In this document: in pieces, positions 19,485 to 29,483 of the stretch
Layout of the letters: every line of letters starts with the position of its first letter
Position numbering within the stretch: position 1 is the stretch's first letter
NCBI GenBank assembly: GCA_963812015.1
Contig: CAWETI010000002.1
Coordinates: 1,216,001 to 1,280,000, forward strand
Direction of reading: 5' to 3'
From: an uncultured delta proteobacterium
GTDB taxonomy: Bacteria; Desulfobacterota; Desulfobaccia; Desulfobaccales; 0-14-0-80-60-11
Length of the DNA stretch: 64,000 nucleotides
Position numbers and translations under genes: made by a program
The notes under the pieces: generated by a model
The model's input: only the letters and a program-made list of their open reading frames with translations
Told to the model about the DNA's origin: nothing
The model's database searches: none

Positions 19485-21434
19485 CTAAAACCCGTAACCC
19501 ACGGTGAAGTGGATCTGGTAGGGGCTGTCCTGCGCATAATTGATGCGGTTGGTGGGGAAGGCGATGTCTACGCCGATGGCCCCGATGGGGGAGAGATAGC
19601 GCAGTCCGAACCCCGGTGAATATTTTAACTGTCCCAGGTCGATGTTGTGAATCTTGGGAAAGACATTGCCCGCATCCAGGAAAACCACCCCGCCGATTTT
19701 TTCGTAAATGGGGAGCGGGAAGCGCCCCTCCATGCTGAATTCCATGACTGCTTCGCCGCCGACGGGATCGCCACTGATGTTGCGGGGCCCTAAATAGTCC
19801 AGCTTATAGCCCCGGACGCTGTTGGCCCCGCCGCTGAAGAAAAGCCGGGATATGGGGATCGTGTTGGTGGCCTGGATGGGTTGGATGAGACCGCAGTGGA
19901 CGCGCCCCGCGACCACAAACTTGGAATCACCGATGGCCTGGTAGCGCCGCCAGTCTAATACCGATTGGACGAACTGGAGTCCGGAGCCCAAGAAGGTGGG
20001 GGCAAACTGGTTGGCCAGGTTCAGGATACCCCCCTGGCTGGGCTCGATCCGGCTGTTGGTCGTGTCCTGGCGCAGGCCCAGGAGGGCGTAGGAGGCCCGA
20101 TACATTTTCTCGGGTTGGGTCCCCTCCAGGCGGATCAAGGTTGCCACCGGGATGTCAAAGGGGCGGGCGAATTCCAGGCCATGGCCGAAGTAAACCCGCA
20201 GGTCCCAGGGGATGTCCCGTTCCAGTCGGGACTGGGTGAAATAGGCCTGGTCGTTGAAGCCCGGCAGGTACCGGCGCTGGGCCCCGCTCTGGTTCACAAA
20301 GTCAAAGTGGGAGCCCAACACCACCGGATTGGTAAATGATTCCGAGAACAGGAAGCCCAGGGTGGAATACCGGGCGTCCAGGTCCAGGAGTCGGCCGTCG
20401 CCCCATAAGTTGCGGTAGCGCAGCCCCATCCGGGCCCGGATCTTCTCTTCATCGCCATACCCCAACCCCATCTTCGCTGACCGTTTCTTCTTTTCTTCAA
20501 TTTCAATGACCATGGGAATGGTGGATTCCTGGGGAGGTACCTGCTCCGGGGTCAGGATCACGCTCCTGAAGAGATCGGAGGCGTAAAGCTTTCGCTGGGT
20601 ATTGAAGATCTCTCCCAGGTTGAAAACCTGGCCGGGCTTGAAGGTAACCTTCTCCATGATGGCGGCTGCCGGGGTCTCCAGTTTATCTTCGTCTTTGATC
20701 CTCAGCGGGCCGAAGTAACACAGGGGGCCGGGATTGACGGTGAGGAGAATCTTGGCGGTATTGGTCTCTTCGTTAAGATAGACCCGCCCCCTCACCTTGA
20801 CCCGGGGATAGCCGTGATTGGGCAAATAATTGAGGTAGAGGTTTTTGAGCTCGTCGTAAGGCTTCTCGGCGAAACGCTCTCCGGGGTTGAGGGGCCATTT
20901 CTTTCGGAGATCGGACAGGTCCACCGACCCGGCCACCTCCACGTCGATGTCGGTGACCTTGACCCAGGGTCCTTCGAGGATCTTCAAGGTGACGTCCGCC
21001 TGCCCCCCCGGGCCATAGCTGATTTCGGGCTTGATCTCGGCATGATAAAAGCCCTGGCGGCGGTAAAAGTTCTTCAGGCGCTCAATGTCATAGTCCAGGT
21101 CCTGGAGGCGGAAAGGAGGGGGAGGGCTCCAGGGCGGCCAGAACGCCGGCAGCTTCACGGATAATTCCTTTTTGAGGTCTTTGACTTTCACCGTCTGCGC
21201 CCCGACGATGCGGAAAGAATGGAGGGTGAGGTCCTTGGCCGGAACCGCAGGGGAGGCGGAGACCGCCGCGGCCGGCAGCTCCCCGGCAGGAGGCGGGCCG
21301 GGAGTCCTGGCGGCGATGGGTGAGTCAGGCTCGGAGGCGGCGGTTTCGGCTCCCAGGCCCGGGGAAACCCCTGCCAGGGTTAACACCAGCATAATGGGCA
21401 AGAGCCAGCTTCGCCACAACCCGGTCACCCGCAT
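19485..21434 (-). CDS. tamA: Omp85-family outer membrane protein TamA/BamA
   Basis: POTRA repeats, FFSGGANSVRGY, GLRYLSPIG, terminal Phe; start placed at MRVTGLW signal peptide. Confidence 0.88.
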   Translation of the reverse strand: MRVTGLWRSWLLPIMLVLTLAGVSPGLGAETAASEPDSPIAARTPGPPPAGELPAAAVSASPAVPAKDLTLHSFRIVGAQTVKVKDLKKELSVKLPAFWPPWSPPPPFRLQDLDYDIERLKNFYRRQGFYHAEIKPEISYGPGGQADVTLKILEGPWVKVTDIDVEVAGSVDLSDLRKKWPLNPGERFAEKPYDELKNLYLNYLPNHGYPRVKVRGRVYLNEETNTAKILLTVNPGPLCYFGPLRIKDEDKLETPAAAIMEKVTFKPGQVFNLGEIFNTQRKLYASDLFRSVILTPEQVPPQESTIPMVIEIEEKKKRSAKMGLGYGDEEKIRARMGLRYRNLWGDGRLLDLDARYSTLGFLFSESFTNPVVLGSHFDFVNQSGAQRRYLPGFNDQAYFTQSRLERDIPWDLRVYFGHGLEFARPFDIPVATLIRLEGTQPEKMYRASYALLGLRQDTTNSRIEPSQGGILNLANQFAPTFLGSGLQFVQSVLDWRRYQAIGDSKFVVAGRVHCGLIQPIQATNTIPISRLFFSGGANSVRGYKLDYLGPRNISGDPVGGEAVMEFSMEGRFPLPIYEKIGGVVFLDAGNVFPKIHNIDLGQLKYSPGFGLRYLSPIGAIGVDIAFPTNRINYAQDSPYQIHFTVGYGF

Positions 21435-21594
21435 CCGTTTTTCCGGTGCTCCGTTACCGTGAAAACCAGGGGGAAATTCCCCTAAATCCCCTTTTACTCC
21501 AGGGGGACTTGTCCCCGGCCCCCCTCTCCTGACGGGAGAACGGGGGGAAGTTTGCCTTACCAGGGGTATCCAAGTGCCGGCCATGAAGAACAGC

Positions 21595-24500
21595 TTACCG
21601 TGATCGTTTACCTCGGGGCGCCGCAATCTCGGGAAACAGAGGAGGTTGCCGGTCCGGGCGAGTTCGGGGCCCAGGCGTGGCCAAGCGTGCCAGCACCTCC
21701 GGCGGCATGGCCCGGACCCAGGGGGAAAATTGGGTGTGCCGGGTCTTGCCCCACAGGGTGCGCTCCCGGGAGCGGGTCAGGAAGACCTGCCGGGAGGCCC
21801 GGGTGAGGCCCACATAAAAAAGGCGTCTTTCTTCCTCGAGGTCGGCGGCGCCGTCCGGTCCCGCCTCCCAGGGCATGAGACCGGTTTCGCACCCGGCGAT
21901 AAAGACATAAGGGAATTCCAGGCCTTTGGCGGCGTGGAGGGTGAGAAGCTTCACCCGTTCGGCGGCCAGGTCCAGGCCGTCCCAATCCGGTCCCACCCCT
22001 TCTTTGGCCTGTTGGCAAGGGATGCCGGCGTCGGTCAAGCCCCGGGCCAACTCCGGCCCCAGGGCATGGAGGCGGTAGAGCACGGCCACGTCCCGGAAGC
22101 CGGCCTTGTCCCCGGGGGCCTGGTGCCGCACCTGGGCATCTTCCAGGCCGTAGTGGGATAAGCCCCCCACCAGTTTCTCAATCTCCCGGGCGATGGCTCT
22201 AGCCTCGGCCCCCGGCGTGGCCGCGGTCAGGAGCACCACCGGGAAATCGCCGGCTTGATGGGTGAACCGGGGCACCGTTTCCCCCCCGTCTCCCCCTTCG
22301 CCCAAGCCGGCCCTGAGAGGGGCGGCGGCCTTGAGGATGGGGGCCGGCAGACGATAGGTCTCGGGGAAGCGGCATATCTGGGCTTCCGGCCAATCCTCCC
22401 GAAAACGGCGGAAATATTCCGGCCGGGCGCCGCGAAAACCATAGATGGCCTGATCCGGGTCGCCGATGACCATGATTTCGGCGCCGGGGCCGGCCAACTG
22501 GCGGAATAAATGGTACTGGGCCTCGTTCAAATCCTGGTACTCGTCCACCAACAGGTGGCGGAAGCGGGTCCGGTAGGCCGCCCGGATCTCGGGATGACGG
22601 GCCAGGAGCAGGGCGGGCCGGGCGATGAGGTCTTCATAATCCCAAAGGTTCTCCCGGCTGAGGGCGGATTCGTAGGCCGCAAAGGCCGGGAGAAACTGCC
22701 AGGCTGCATCGGGGTCAGGCGTGGGGGCCGAACCGTCTCCCTTATCATGGGAAAATAGATGGAGATCGCCGTCAAACGGCTTTTGGGAAAGGGGGCCAGG
22801 GGCCGACGGCCCCTGCCCCCTCTCCCAAACCCTCTCCCCCAACCCCCATACAGGGGGCTGGGAGGGGAGTTTGAGGGGAGGGCGGGGGAATTTTTCGGAA
22901 GGGCTTTCCCCGGCCCTCCCCTCAAAACACTTTTGTAAAGGCATTACATTGGATTGGCGCCCAGGGGTTGGGGCAGCCAGGTCTTCCGGATAGGTCAGGG
23001 CCTGCTTCCATCGGGTGATCTGCCGCTCCAGGGGGCCAAATGGCAGGTGGCAAGTCCGGGCGGTCTCCCGGAGCAGGCCCCGCCGAGCCTCTTCATCCGC
23101 CACCCCCCGGCCGGGGTCCCCATGCTCCTTCAGGATCTGCTGGCCCAGGGCGTGGAAGGTCTTGATGGTGAGGCCCTCCAGGCCGGGAACTCCGGCCAGC
23201 AGGTGGTGAATCCGCTCAACCATTTCGGCGGTGGCCTGCCGGGTAAAGGTGAGGGCCAGGATGGCGTTGGGGTCCACGCCCCGGCGGCAGACCAGGTAAG
23301 CCAGGCGGTGGGTGAGGGCCCGGGTCTTGCCGGTGCCCGGCCCGGCCTGGACGATGAGGGGCGGGCCGTGGTGCACCACCGCCTCCCTTTGGGCCGCATT
23401 CAATCCCGCCAGCAGGGGATCGGCGGCGGGAGTGGCGGCCAACTCCGGCGGGGTGCTTGCCGGGACCAATGCTGCGGCCGGACCGGCCGGGACTGCGGGT
23501 TCAGGGGCGGCCTGGGGGGCAGGGGCGGGGGAAGGGCTGAAAAATGCCTTTTGTCCCAGCAACTTACTGCGCTCGGCCGGGGTGAAGAGGTGAATCTCCC
23601 CATAGGCGCCGTCGTACCCCCCATTGATGTGCACCTCTCCCCGGCGCATCCGGTCAATCCCGTGGGCCAGAAGGATGCCGCCCTCCCGGGCCAGCGCGGT
23701 AAGGGGCGTGCGGCGCAGGATCTCCAGTTCCGGGCCCAAGCGGTCCAGGAGCCGGAAGTAGGCCAGACGCACTTTCTTGCTGCCGGCATTGACCCCCAGG
23801 ACCTCGGCCAGGACGCCCGGCAGCGATATCAGGGACTCGAAAGGCCTGGAATCAGCCGGGGGCGCCCCATCCCGGCGGTCGGCCAGGTCCTGGACGCGAT
23901 GCATCACCCCCAAGGTCAGGGGTTTTTGGCAGTGGGGGCAGAGCCCGCCCAGGCGGTTCGCCGCTTCCGGCTCCAGCCGGAGGCCGCAATTCCGGTGGCC
24001 GTCCAGGTGGTACTTGCCCTCCTGGGGAAAAAACTCGATGGTGCCCCCAAACCCCTCCCGGGTGCGCAGGGCCCGGGCCAACTCGGGATAAGTTGGGTCG
24101 ACGTGAAAGATATTGGCCTCCCGGCCCAGTTTCTGGGGGGAGTGGGCGTCGGAGTTGGACACCAGCGCAAAGCGGTCCAATTGGGAGACCCGCCAATTCA
24201 TGGCGGGATCGGAAGACAACCCGGTCTCCACGGCATAGATGTGGGCGGTGCTGTCCTCGAAGCACTCCTCCAGGGAATCAAAGCCGCTCTTGCTGCCTAA
24301 AACGGAAAACCAGGGGGTCCAGATATGGGCCGGTATCACCAGGGCCCGGGGGTCGATCTCAAGGACCAGTTCCAGCACGAACCGGGCGTCCAGGCCCAGG
24401 ATGGGGCGGCCGTCGGAGGCCACGTTGCCGAGGCGGCCCAGGCGCTGGGAGAGCTGCTGAGCGGCGGCCAGATCGGGGAGCACCAGGAGTAGGTGGACCT

Positions 24501-24819
24501 TGCGCACCTTGCCGTCTTTTTTATAAATGGTGCTCACTTCGCCGGTGATCACGAAGTTGACCGGCGTCGCCGCCTCCCAGGCAGGTCCCTTGAGGTCCAA
24601 GGGCAGAGCCAGTTCCGGTTTGAGGGCGTACACTCCGGCCGCGGCCGGCTCGAGTTTGGCGCCCAGTTCCGCCAACCACTGGGGATGGGTGCAATCGCCG
24701 GTGCCCACCACCTGCACCCCTTTATAACGGCCCCAGAGATCCAGGTGCTCCAAGTCGGCCTCCCGGCCGGTGGCAATGGAGAAGTGGGAATGGATATGCA
24801 GGTCGGCGATAACTTCCAT
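21595..24819 (-). CDS. PHP/endonuclease Q domain fused to UvrD/Rep-family helicase
   Basis: DLHIHSHFS, PAHIWTPW, NSDAHS, C-x-CPHC Zn site; AGPGTGKT, DEYQD, GDPDQAIYGFRGA, HAAKGLEF, EERRLFYVGLTRA. Confidence 0.92.
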   Translation of the reverse strand: MEVIADLHIHSHFSIATGREADLEHLDLWGRYKGVQVVGTGDCTHPQWLAELGAKLEPAAAGVYALKPELALPLDLKGPAWEAATPVNFVITGEVSTIYKKDGKVRKVHLLLVLPDLAAAQQLSQRLGRLGNVASDGRPILGLDARFVLELVLEIDPRALVIPAHIWTPWFSVLGSKSGFDSLEECFEDSTAHIYAVETGLSSDPAMNWRVSQLDRFALVSNSDAHSPQKLGREANIFHVDPTYPELARALRTREGFGGTIEFFPQEGKYHLDGHRNCGLRLEPEAANRLGGLCPHCQKPLTLGVMHRVQDLADRRDGAPPADSRPFESLISLPGVLAEVLGVNAGSKKVRLAYFRLLDRLGPELEILRRTPLTALAREGGILLAHGIDRMRRGEVHINGGYDGAYGEIHLFTPAERSKLLGQKAFFSPSPAPAPQAAPEPAVPAGPAAALVPASTPPELAATPAADPLLAGLNAAQREAVVHHGPPLIVQAGPGTGKTRALTHRLAYLVCRRGVDPNAILALTFTRQATAEMVERIHHLLAGVPGLEGLTIKTFHALGQQILKEHGDPGRGVADEEARRGLLRETARTCHLPFGPLERQITRWKQALTYPEDLAAPTPGRQSNVMPLQKCFEGRAGESPSEKFPRPPLKLPSQPPVWGLGERVWERGQGPSAPGPLSQKPFDGDLHLFSHDKGDGSAPTPDPDAAWQFLPAFAAYESALSRENLWDYEDLIARPALLLARHPEIRAAYRTRFRHLLVDEYQDLNEAQYHLFRQLAGPGAEIMVIGDPDQAIYGFRGARPEYFRRFREDWPEAQICRFPETYRLPAPILKAAAPLRAGLGEGGDGGETVPRFTHQAGDFPVVLLTAATPGAEARAIAREIEKLVGGLSHYGLEDAQVRHQAPGDKAGFRDVAVLYRLHALGPELARGLTDAGIPCQQAKEGVGPDWDGLDLAAERVKLLTLHAAKGLEFPYVFIAGCETGLMPWEAGPDGAADLEEERRLFYVGLTRASRQVFLTRSRERTLWGKTRHTQFSPWVRAMPPEVLARLATPGPRTRPDRQPPLFPEIAAPRGKRSR
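22781..22926. repeat. G/C-tract multi-hairpin repeat inside the helicase CDS
   Basis: Homologous to 13301..13432 and 59075..59162; reading frame stays open through it. Confidence 0.85.
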
Positions 24820-25060
24820 TTTGGTCCTCAACCTTATCATAAAACTCGGCGAACCGCTAATGCCAGATGGCACCTGTTTTATTCTTAAATATCGGGAGGA
24901 AGGGAGAATTGTTAACCACAGTCTTGCAGGAATGGTCTCCTGGGCTGCGAGCCCTAACGGTGATTACGGGCCGGGGTGTATGAGGGAGGAGCTGGCGGTT
25001 GGGGTAAGGAGCAAAACCTGACTAAACGGGTCTGAGCCAATGGCGGCTCACCCCCGGCAA

Positions 25061-25165
25061 GGAAAAATCCCCCCCGGCCCCCTTTTTCCAAAGCGGGAAG
25101 AAGGGGGGAGTAAGGACGACGGGTCTAAATCCCCCTTTGGCAAAGGGGAATTTAGGGGGATTTGC
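25061..25165. repeat. Palindromic C-tract/G-tract repeat
   Basis: AAATCCCCCCCGGCCCCCTTTTTCCAAAG...CCCCCTTTGGCAAAGGGGAATTTAGGGGGATTT; related sequence at about 21470..21555. Confidence 0.65.
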
Positions 25166-25356
25166 CAGAGGCGGTTTACGGTAAAGATTGAGGTGACGAG
25201 TAGGGGGGGGAATTATCATTAAGAGAAAATTATCGATAGGTGGTTGAATTCATTATCACATTGATAATAACCTGGTCAACCGCGGGACGATAGGGGAGGT
25301 TTGGCGGGAATTGGGTGAGAGACAATAAAGGAAAATCTTCACAAGGGCTCAAAGAC

Positions 25357-25382
25357 AAAAGCCCCTCCTCACGAGGGGCTTT
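25357..25382 (-). terminator. Intrinsic terminator after zinc-ribbon gene
   Basis: AAAAGCCCCTC-ctcac-GAGGGGCTTT hairpin. Confidence 0.7.
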
Positions 25383-25406
25383 GCGGCCCTGCCATCAACA
25401 CCCAGA

Positions 25407-25607
25407 CTACAGGGTAGCTTTGGTTTTGGTGTCGGTCTCGGCCCAAATCTGAGGCGCAACTTCCTCAAAGTAGGGCTTAAAGACGTCCTCGTCCAAGCGC
25501 AGCATCAAGCCGCCGCATTGGGCGCATAGGGCGGTGTGATCATCGAGTCCGGCGACCCTTTGGTCCCGGCCGCTACAATCGACGCATTGATATTCATAAA
25601 TAGGCAT
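25407..25607 (-). CDS. FmdB-family zinc-ribbon protein
   Basis: MPIYEYQCVDC...CAQCGG; SD GGGGGGAAGG. Confidence 0.85.
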   Translation of the reverse strand: MPIYEYQCVDCSGRDQRVAGLDDHTALCAQCGGLMLRLDEDVFKPYFEEVAPQIWAETDTKTKATL

Positions 25608-25636
25608 AATCCTTCCCCCCCTTGACCGTAACATAA

Positions 25637-25653
25637 TGCAACAATTATGCCTA
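25637..25653 (-). promoter_or_regulatory. Sigma54 (-24/-12) promoter candidate
   Basis: TAGGCATAATTGTTGCA (GG-N10-GC) about 30 nt upstream of the FmdB-family ATG. Confidence 0.65.
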
Positions 25654-25847
25654 AAAAATGAATGTCGGGAGGCTGTAACTAACTTATTAATATTATTATA
25701 TATTTAATCAATCATCCCCCAGCCGGGTTTTTTAAAGTATACTTTATTGCAACCCTGGAAGGGGAAATTGTGGCTTTTTATCCATAATCATGGAAATTTT
25801 TCCCCACTGACAGGCCATGCCTCGATGACCGAGGAGGAGATCTGGAT

Positions 25848-27272
25848 ATGTTGCGTGACCAACGACGCACCAAGATTGTCTGCACCCTGGGACCGGCCAG
25901 TGACGGCGATATCCTGCCAGGGCTTTTGGAGGCCGGTATGAACGTGGCCCGCCTTAATTTTTCCCACGGGACCCACGCGGAGCACGGCGCCCGGATCAAG
26001 CGACTCCGGGAGCTGGCCGCCGCTTTGCAGCTGCCGTTGGCGATTTTGCAGGACCTGGCCGGCCCCAAGGTGCGCATCGGTGAGGTGCCCGGGGGTGAAA
26101 CCCAGGTTAAGGAGGGGGAGGATTTTTGGCTCAGCGCCGCGCCTCTCAAGGCAGGTGAAATCGGGGTGGCGGTGGATCACCCGCAGATTATTTCCGAGAC
26201 CCCTCTGGGAGTGCCCATCCTGCTGGCCGACGGCAACATCGAACTCCGGGTGGAAGCCAAGACCGACCAGGCCCTCAAGTGCCGGGTGGTGGTGGGTGGG
26301 GTATTACGCTCCCATGTCGGGATAAATTTCCCCATGCATTCCCTGTCGGTCTCGGCGTTCACCGAGAAAGACCGGGAGGACCTGCGTTTTGGCATAGCCC
26401 AGGGAGTAGACTTTATCGCCCTGTCCTACGTGCGCTCCCGCCAGGATGTTCTGGATGCCCGGGAGTTCATGCGCAGCCTGGGGGCCGACATCCCCATCAT
26501 CGCCAAGATTGAAAAACACGAAGCCTTGAGCCGGCTCGACGAAATCCTGGACGAGGTGGACGGCCTCATGGTGGCCCGGGGGGATCTGGGGGTGGAGATT
26601 CCCCTGGAACAGGTCCCCGTGGTGCAAAAGCAGATCATAGCTGCGGCCAACCGGGCGGGCAAGCCGGTGATCACCGCCACCCAGATGCTCCTCTCCATGG
26701 TGACCCACTCCCGTCCCAGCCGGGCGGAAGCCACCGACGTGGCCAATGCCATCCTGGATGGCACCGATGCGGTTATGCTGAGCGAAGAGACGGCCGCGGG
26801 GCTATTCCCCGTGGAAGCAGTAAAGTTTTTGGACCGGGTGAGCCGGGTTACCGAGGCGCATTTCCCCCACGCCGTCTGGCTGCGCGACCGGGCCCCGGCG
26901 GGACTCCAGGATATCCCGGAGGCCGTCAGCTATTCAGCCTGCGAGATGGCCCAGGACCTGGAAGCCTCGGCTATTCTCACCAACACCGAATATGGGGGCA
27001 CTGCCCGGCTCATCAGCCGGTTTCGGCCCTCCACCCCCATAGTGGCGGTGACCCCCCGGGAGGATACCTGGCGCCGACTTTGCCTCTCCTGGGGAGTTTT
27101 CCCCCTCCTGACCCCGCCTATCCGGGACACGGACCACATGCTCCGGGTGGTGGAGGAGGAAGCCCTCAAGGCCGGGATGCTGAACCATGGGGACCGGGTC
27201 ATCATCACCGCCGGCACCCCCATCGGCACCAAAGGCAGCACCAACCTGATCAAGGCGGATATTATCTCTTAA
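25848..27272 (+). CDS. pyk: Pyruvate kinase
   Basis: RTKIVCTLGPAS, RLNFSHG, IAKIE, MVARGDLGVE, ATQML. Confidence 0.97.
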   Translation: MLRDQRRTKIVCTLGPASDGDILPGLLEAGMNVARLNFSHGTHAEHGARIKRLRELAAALQLPLAILQDLAGPKVRIGEVPGGETQVKEGEDFWLSAAPLKAGEIGVAVDHPQIISETPLGVPILLADGNIELRVEAKTDQALKCRVVVGGVLRSHVGINFPMHSLSVSAFTEKDREDLRFGIAQGVDFIALSYVRSRQDVLDAREFMRSLGADIPIIAKIEKHEALSRLDEILDEVDGLMVARGDLGVEIPLEQVPVVQKQIIAAANRAGKPVITATQMLLSMVTHSRPSRAEATDVANAILDGTDAVMLSEETAAGLFPVEAVKFLDRVSRVTEAHFPHAVWLRDRAPAGLQDIPEAVSYSACEMAQDLEASAILTNTEYGGTARLISRFRPSTPIVAVTPREDTWRRLCLSWGVFPLLTPPIRDTDHMLRVVEEEALKAGMLNHGDRVIITAGTPIGTKGSTNLIKADIIS

Positions 27273-27426
27273 GAGCTCTCAGCGGTCAATGGTATGTCAA
27301 GATCACGCTTTGGCCTCAGCGGCCTCAGGCGGCCTAAGGGGTGGGGGCATCGGCCTGGCGGGGGAGTTGATCGGTTGTTGACGAAATTGTTACTTAAAAT
27401 GACAAAAATGGCGGAAGCATCGTCTC

Positions 27427-27455
27427 TTGACCCGGGAACCTCTCCTTCTTATAGT
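27427..27455 (+). promoter_or_regulatory. Sigma70-type promoter candidate
   Basis: TTGACC-N17-TATAGT upstream of the GH57 gene. Confidence 0.6.
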
Positions 27456-27521
27456 AAGAGTTAAGTTTTCCGACCTCTTATCACTTTATCCTTAACCCCG
27501 CCGACTGCCACGGGTCACTGC

Positions 27522-29279
27522 ATGGAGGACCTTATGTCTGAGCCCTTGGGATATTTCACGTTTGTGCTCCATTCCCATCTTCCTTACGTCATCGGCCACG
27601 GCCGCTGGCCCCACGGCATGGATTGGCTCAACGAGGCCGCCGCCGAATCGTACATCCCCCTGCTCCAGGCCTTTAACCGTCTGGGCGCCGAAGGCCGCCG
27701 CTCCGGGGTTACCCTGGGGATCACCCCCATCCTGGCGGAAATGCTGGCCGCCAAAATTTTTCGCCAGGAGTTCAACGACTACCTGGATAACAAGATCGAG
27801 GCGGCCCGGGATGACCTGGCCACCTTTAAGCGGCTGGGGGATGACCACTTCGCCTCCGTGGCCCGGATGTGGGAAACCAACTACAGCGAATTAAAGCGGG
27901 CCTTCAGCGAGGATTTTGGCGAGGACCTGATCGGGGCCTTCAAGCGCTTGATGGACGCCGGGGTGCTGGAAATCATCACCTCGGCCGCCACCCACGGCTA
28001 CCTGCCCCTGTTGGGGCGGGACACCGCGGTCCAGGCCCAGGTGAAGCAGGGGGCGGCCACCTACCGCCGCCACTTCGGCCGTGACCCCCAGGGGTTCTGG
28101 CTGCCGGAATGCGCCTACCGGCCCCGCTACCCTTGGGTCCCGCCTCTGAAAGACTTTGTCGGGAAACCGGTGCTGCGCAAGGGGGTGGAGGAGTTTCTTT
28201 CGGAAAACGGCCTCAAGTATTTCTTCATCGATTCCCACCTCCTGAAGGGGGGCAAAGCCATCGGGGTCTACAAGGACCGCTTCGAGGCCCTGGAACGCCT
28301 GTGGGACCGCTTTGCCGCCCAATACCAGGAGCGGCCGGAGGAAGAGGATAAATCCCCCTACCAGGATTACCTGGTGAGTTCGGCCCCGGAGACCAAACGG
28401 CCGATGGCGGCTTTTACCCGGGACCCCAAGACCGGTCTCCAGGTGTGGAGCGGGGAATGGGGGTATCCCGGCGACGGCAACTATTTGGATTTCCATAAGA
28501 AACGGTTTCCGGGGGGCCTGCGCTACTGGGCGGTGACCAGCGCCAAGGCCGATCTGGCCGATAAGCAACCCTACCATCCTGAAGGGGTGGCGGCCCGGAT
28601 TAACGACCAGGCGGACCACTTTGTCTCCCTGGTGGTGGGGATTTTGTCGGAGTACAAAGAAAAGGAGGGCCGGCCCGGCATGGTGGTGGCGCCCTATGAC
28701 ACCGAGCTCATCGGCCACTGGTGGTTCGAGGGTCCCGAGTGGCTCTACCAGGTGCTCAAACGGTTCCATGACTATACCCAGGTGTCCCTGAGCCCCGGGG
28801 GCGAAATCCTGGCGGCCACCTCCCCCCGGGCGGTCATCTCCCTGCCGGAGGGTTCTTGGGGGGAAGGGGGCTATCACTGGATCTGGCTCAATGAGATGAA
28901 TGACTGGACCTGGCGCCACGTCTATGCCGCGGAGGAGGCCATGGAGGAGATGGCCCGGCTCTGGGCCGACGACCCCGACCCCCGCTTACAAGACCTGCTG
29001 AAGCAGTGCGGCCGCTCCCTGTTCCTGCTGGAGTCCTCGGACTGGCAGTTTTTGATCAGCACCTTCAGCGCCCGGGATTACGCCGAACTCCGGCTGACCG
29101 CGCACAATGATGATTTTCGCCGCCTGGCGGCCATGACCCGGCGCTACGCCGCCGAGCGCCACTTGCCGTCGGAAGACTGGAATTATCTGCACCTGTGCCG
29201 GGAGCGGGATGACGTCTTCCCGGATATCGACCCCCATTGGTGGGCGAAAGTAGAGCATCCGCCGGTGGAGATCGAGTAG
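27522..29279 (+). CDS. GH57 1,4-alpha-glucan branching enzyme (DUF1957 type)
   Basis: LHSHLPY, THGYLPL, WLPECAY, YDTELIGHWWFEG, SSDWQF. Confidence 0.92.
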   Translation: MEDLMSEPLGYFTFVLHSHLPYVIGHGRWPHGMDWLNEAAAESYIPLLQAFNRLGAEGRRSGVTLGITPILAEMLAAKIFRQEFNDYLDNKIEAARDDLATFKRLGDDHFASVARMWETNYSELKRAFSEDFGEDLIGAFKRLMDAGVLEIITSAATHGYLPLLGRDTAVQAQVKQGAATYRRHFGRDPQGFWLPECAYRPRYPWVPPLKDFVGKPVLRKGVEEFLSENGLKYFFIDSHLLKGGKAIGVYKDRFEALERLWDRFAAQYQERPEEEDKSPYQDYLVSSAPETKRPMAAFTRDPKTGLQVWSGEWGYPGDGNYLDFHKKRFPGGLRYWAVTSAKADLADKQPYHPEGVAARINDQADHFVSLVVGILSEYKEKEGRPGMVVAPYDTELIGHWWFEGPEWLYQVLKRFHDYTQVSLSPGGEILAATSPRAVISLPEGSWGEGGYHWIWLNEMNDWTWRHVYAAEEAMEEMARLWADDPDPRLQDLLKQCGRSLFLLESSDWQFLISTFSARDYAELRLTAHNDDFRRLAAMTRRYAAERHLPSEDWNYLHLCRERDDVFPDIDPHWWAKVEHPPVEIE

Positions 29280-29441
29280 TCCGGAATGATGTGGCGCTTT
29301 TGCCACAATCGCCGAAAAGCTGTGGCTTTTTTCCCACACAAGGGGCCGGCCGGCAACCCGGCCTGGCCCCTTCCCTCCAAAAGATTAACTATCCTTAAGG
29401 GTTAACAGATCGGGGCTTGGGGGCGTCCAACCGAAAAGTCC

Positions 29442-29457
29442 TGGTACAAGGCTTGCA
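29442..29457 (+). promoter_or_regulatory. Sigma54 promoter candidate for lpxC
   Basis: TGGTACAAGGCTTGCA (GG-N10-GC), then SD GGGGAG and ATG 29484. Confidence 0.65.
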
Positions 29458-29483
29458 GCCTATCCGTGCGGGGGAGAATTTTT

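Noticed and set aside
21435..21626. Repeat-derived peptide in the extended TamA N-terminus
   Set aside because: A plausible signal peptide follows ATG 21434, so the repeat at about 21470..21555 is more likely untranslated.
24900..25060. Possible structured ncRNA upstream of the helicase gene
   Set aside because: No match to any RNA family I can recognise; partly repeat-derived. Needs a covariance search.
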